26,831 nt of DNA, from the sequence record DRR723986_6241. One strand, written 5' to 3'. Positions 24,102 to 26,831 of the stretch are shown in pieces (within the stretch, counting starts at the first letter, position 1; each line of letters starts with the position of its first letter). The position numbers were made by a program, and so were the translations under genes. The notes below the pieces were generated by a model. It was not told the DNA's origin. It saw only the letters and a program-made list of their open reading frames with translations, and ran no database searches.

Positions 24102-26603
24102 CTAGAAGTTTGCCGTCAGGCGAACGCCCCATTCTGCACCGCGGACCGGCGTACCGAAGTAGCTCCGGCTGAAGAAGCCAGTTGTACCGCCCGACGTTGA
24201 AGCGCTGAGGTCGTCCGTCACGTTTGTTCCGTAGATTTCAGCCATGATCCCTTCACTGAGAGCAATGCCAGCTCGAACATTGATCTTGGTCGCGGCGTCG
24301 ACCTTGTTGAACTCCAGATTGTCTATGTAAAAGTCACCGGCATAAAGAGCATCAATCCGAACAAAGGACGACCGACCCAGGAAATCCGTCAGATCAAAGT
24401 CTGCCGAGAAGGATCCTGAGTGTTCCTGAATGTAACGCGGCACGTTGCCTGCGGCGCTTACAGCGTTCTGGCTGTCAACGACGCCGGCCCCCAGCAGACG
24501 GAAGGCTAGCGTGCCCCCCTCGGCATAGCGCGTCAGTTCAGCATCAACCCAGTTGTAATTGGCCGTCAGCGTCAGCCAGTCGGTGGGGCTCAATGTGCCT
24601 TCCAGTTCGAGACCGAGATACTCGGAATCACCATCCTGATAATAGGGAACGAAAGCCGGGTTCAGAACGAACTGAACCTGATTTTCCCAATCCATCTGAT
24701 AGAGAGCGACCGAATACTGGAACATGGAGTTCAGATCATGCTTGAAGCCGATTTCGTAGGCTTCAAGCTTTTGGACAGGCGTGAAATAGCCAACCGTATC
24801 AGAGCTGATCCCGGACGTTGGTTCAGCAGCCGCAAACCCATCAGCGTTCGACTGAGTACCCTGCAGATAGCTCTGTGAGAAGCTGCCATACAGGTTCATG
24901 TTTCTGCCTTCTGGCTGATAGCTCAGAATGATGCGAGGCATGAACTTGCTGTAGGATTGGCTCTTGTTCTCCACACGGTTCGCGGTTGCACCGGCAGCAG
25001 CGTCGGACAGAGGGATCGTCTGTTCGTCGTCCTGATAGCGGCCTTCCACCGACAGCGTCACTTCTTGCGTGATATCATAATCAATGGAGCCAAAGATGCC
25101 GAGCACCTCACTTTCGGTCGAGGTGAAGAACGGGCAAGCCGAAGTTAAGCAGTCGTAATTGCCATTACGAATTTCAACCAGCGTTGAATCGAGATTGTAA
25201 TAGCTCGCCCCGATCATATAGCGGAACCGGTTCTCCGACGGCGACGTCAAACGGACTTCGAAGGACGAATCCTTAATTTCCTGAGCGAAGCCGGTATAGG
25301 TGATAGCAGCGTCACCGCTTGCACCATATGTGCTGTCGAAAATGGCAAAGTTTTCATACTGACCAAACGACCCGAACGCGTCTGCCGTTAAACCATTATC
25401 GAATTCGGTTTCGAATGAAACATGGTGGCGGAACGTCTCATAAGTGTTGCCGAGACCATCCGGCGCACTGACGAAACCGTCGCCAAATTGCGGTGGAGTG
25501 GTTGCAACCCCTTGAAACTGGTTGCCGAAAATACCCGTGAACGCATTCGTGGTGCCGTTCCTCGGATCTGACGGCGGAAGAGGATCGCCCGAAAGCGGCG
25601 TCCGAAGCGTATCTTCGTCAAAATCCGGGATGTTTCCGCAGAAGTTTGAAGAAGCGGTCGAAAGATCGGTCTCGAAGCTTGCACCGGGTGCACCAGTGAC
25701 GACATTCACCAGCTTGCCTTGGTAAACCAGGTTACAGGTGCCCGTCGGATTATTGGATGCAACCCCGCCATAGGCAGACGTATCCTCTGCATCGACGTAG
25801 AAGCCCGAATATTTGATCAGGGATTTGTCGCCGATATCAAAGTGGAGCGACCCAATAATGCCCAGGGTTTCTTCTTCGCCGAGCGGGGTACCATCGAGAT
25901 ACTCCCAATAGGCGCCCTTCTTCTCCTGCGATATGGCGATCCGGCCGCGAAGGCGGTCGGTTATGGGACCACTGGCAACGCCCAGAAGATTGTATCCGGT
26001 ATTGTCATCGGCCGGCCCGGTCGTTGCGCTGATGCCAGCGCTCACACGTCCCTCAAAGGACTCGGTTGGTTCAGCTGGAATATAATTGACTGCGCCGGAA
26101 AATGTGTTGCGCCCAAAGAAGGCCGCTTGTGGTCCCTTGATGACTTCGACCTGTCCAAGATCGACAAGCGGCAAAAGGCCCACACCACCAGAAAGATACG
26201 CACCATCCCAGAAGAATGCCCCGGACCGCGAAGCTGCGGTATTCACTTGTGCCCCGACACCGCGGAAGCGGAACTGCGGGTTGGCGCGGCCGGCAAAACC
26301 ACCGGCGCCATTGTTCTCGAAGTCGAAGCCCGGAACAAAGGCGGCGAGATCCGCATTGCTCAAAATACCGCGGTCGTCGAGATTGTCCTGGGAAAATGCT
26401 GTAACCGAAATTGGAACCTCAAGCGGGGTTTCATCCCGCTTACGCGCCGTGACGTACACGACGTCTTGACGCGAATCCGCTTCATCTGTTTCCGCGGGTG
26501 TCTCAGCCTCTTCCTGAGCCATTACTTGTGCTGGCATCGCCAGCGCAGCCGTCAGCGCAAATGCGCTGACATAGCCAAGTTTCGAAGATCTCCTCATTGC
26601 CAC
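24102..26603 (-). CDS. TonB-dependent outer-membrane receptor
   Basis: AAGGAGG RBS (26610-26616) precedes GTG 26603 (alternative ATG 26597). Signal peptide ends VMA-Q. TonB-box-like DVVYVTARKR, plug motif VEVIKGPQAAFFGRNTFSGAVNY and C-terminal GVRLTANF. Confidence 0.95.
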   Translation of the reverse strand: MAMRRSSKLGYVSAFALTAALAMPAQVMAQEEAETPAETDEADSRQDVVYVTARKRDETPLEVPISVTAFSQDNLDDRGILSNADLAAFVPGFDFENNGAGGFAGRANPQFRFRGVGAQVNTAASRSGAFFWDGAYLSGGVGLLPLVDLGQVEVIKGPQAAFFGRNTFSGAVNYIPAEPTESFEGRVSAGISATTGPADDNTGYNLLGVASGPITDRLRGRIAISQEKKGAYWEYLDGTPLGEEETLGIIGSLHFDIGDKSLIKYSGFYVDAEDTSAYGGVASNNPTGTCNLVYQGKLVNVVTGAPGASFETDLSTASSNFCGNIPDFDEDTLRTPLSGDPLPPSDPRNGTTNAFTGIFGNQFQGVATTPPQFGDGFVSAPDGLGNTYETFRHHVSFETEFDNGLTADAFGSFGQYENFAIFDSTYGASGDAAITYTGFAQEIKDSSFEVRLTSPSENRFRYMIGASYYNLDSTLVEIRNGNYDCLTSACPFFTSTESEVLGIFGSIDYDITQEVTLSVEGRYQDDEQTIPLSDAAAGATANRVENKSQSYSKFMPRIILSYQPEGRNMNLYGSFSQSYLQGTQSNADGFAAAEPTSGISSDTVGYFTPVQKLEAYEIGFKHDLNSMFQYSVALYQMDWENQVQFVLNPAFVPYYQDGDSEYLGLELEGTLSPTDWLTLTANYNWVDAELTRYAEGGTLAFRLLGAGVVDSQNAVSAAGNVPRYIQEHSGSFSADFDLTDFLGRSSFVRIDALYAGDFYIDNLEFNKVDAATKINVRAGIALSEGIMAEIYGTNVTDDLSASTSGGTTGFFSRSYFGTPVRGAEWGVRLTANF

Positions 26604-26709
26604 TCTTAGCCTCCTTACGACTTCGTCCAGTGTCCATGTGTGCAAGCGCAAATACTTACCCACTCATGCTTCGTTTCGTCGCAATTTGTCGCAATCTCGT
26701 TGTTTGGAT

Positions 26710-26744
26710 ATATCCATTGGATGAGAAAACCACTCTGCGGATAG
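26710..26744. promoter_or_regulatory. Tandem copies of the locus operator-like motif upstream of the receptor
   Basis: 26710-26727 on - reads TTCTCAT-CCA-ATGGATAT. 26727-26744 on + reads AAACCAC-TCT-GCGGATAG. Confidence 0.55.
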
Positions 26745-26831
26745 TAAGTACTCAACATTGCCCCACCCAAGGATAGGCATTGGAAATATAAACAGAGAAA
26801 GGTAAGCGGTGCGTAGGCCTCACAGTTTTTC

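Noticed and set aside
25719-26609. 296-aa plus-strand ORF, and similar long alternative-frame ORFs such as 8503-9336 and 16839-17675
   Set aside because: They lie wholly over well-supported genes and have no recognisable motifs. Such ORFs are expected in GC-rich DNA.
1-26831. CRISPR arrays, tRNA/rRNA, IS/integrase, riboswitches, defence or natural-product biosynthesis genes
   Set aside because: I saw no spaced repeats, structural RNA signatures, transposase, nuclease or PKS/NRPS motifs. Intergenic regions are short, and the importer plus lyases point to catabolism.

Overview
This window is a GC-rich, almost fully coding bacterial region. Codon style, lipoproteins and a TonB receptor suggest an alphaproteobacterium (inference). 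It holds 23 CDS, one cut by the left edge, and I see no rRNA, tRNA, IS element or CRISPR array. The genes read as one catabolic locus. Uptake and periplasm: a TonB-dependent receptor, three exported DUF1838-like paralogues, two beta-lactamase-fold lipoproteins and an MFS permease. Upper pathway: FAD monooxygenase, aldehyde dehydrogenase, DUF3598-like beta-barrel, SAM methyltransferase with a small partner, SnoaL/NTF2 and MmgE/PrpD. Ring opening: hydantoinase/oxoprolinase A+B and a NicF-like amidase. Lower pathway: maleate-isomerase-fold protein, LeuCD-type hydratase, ICL/PEP-mutase-family lyase and HMG-CoA-lyase-type lyase. The chain lactam -> maleamate -> substituted maleate -> substituted malate -> C-C cleavage suggests degradation of a large N-heterocycle. 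My leading but untested hypothesis is linear tetrapyrroles (bilins or chlorophyll catabolites). Several enzymes have altered catalytic motifs. A recurring operator-like motif (TTCTCRY-N3-RYGGATA) links promoters more than 22 kb apart. Family calls come from motif recognition by eye, with no database searches.
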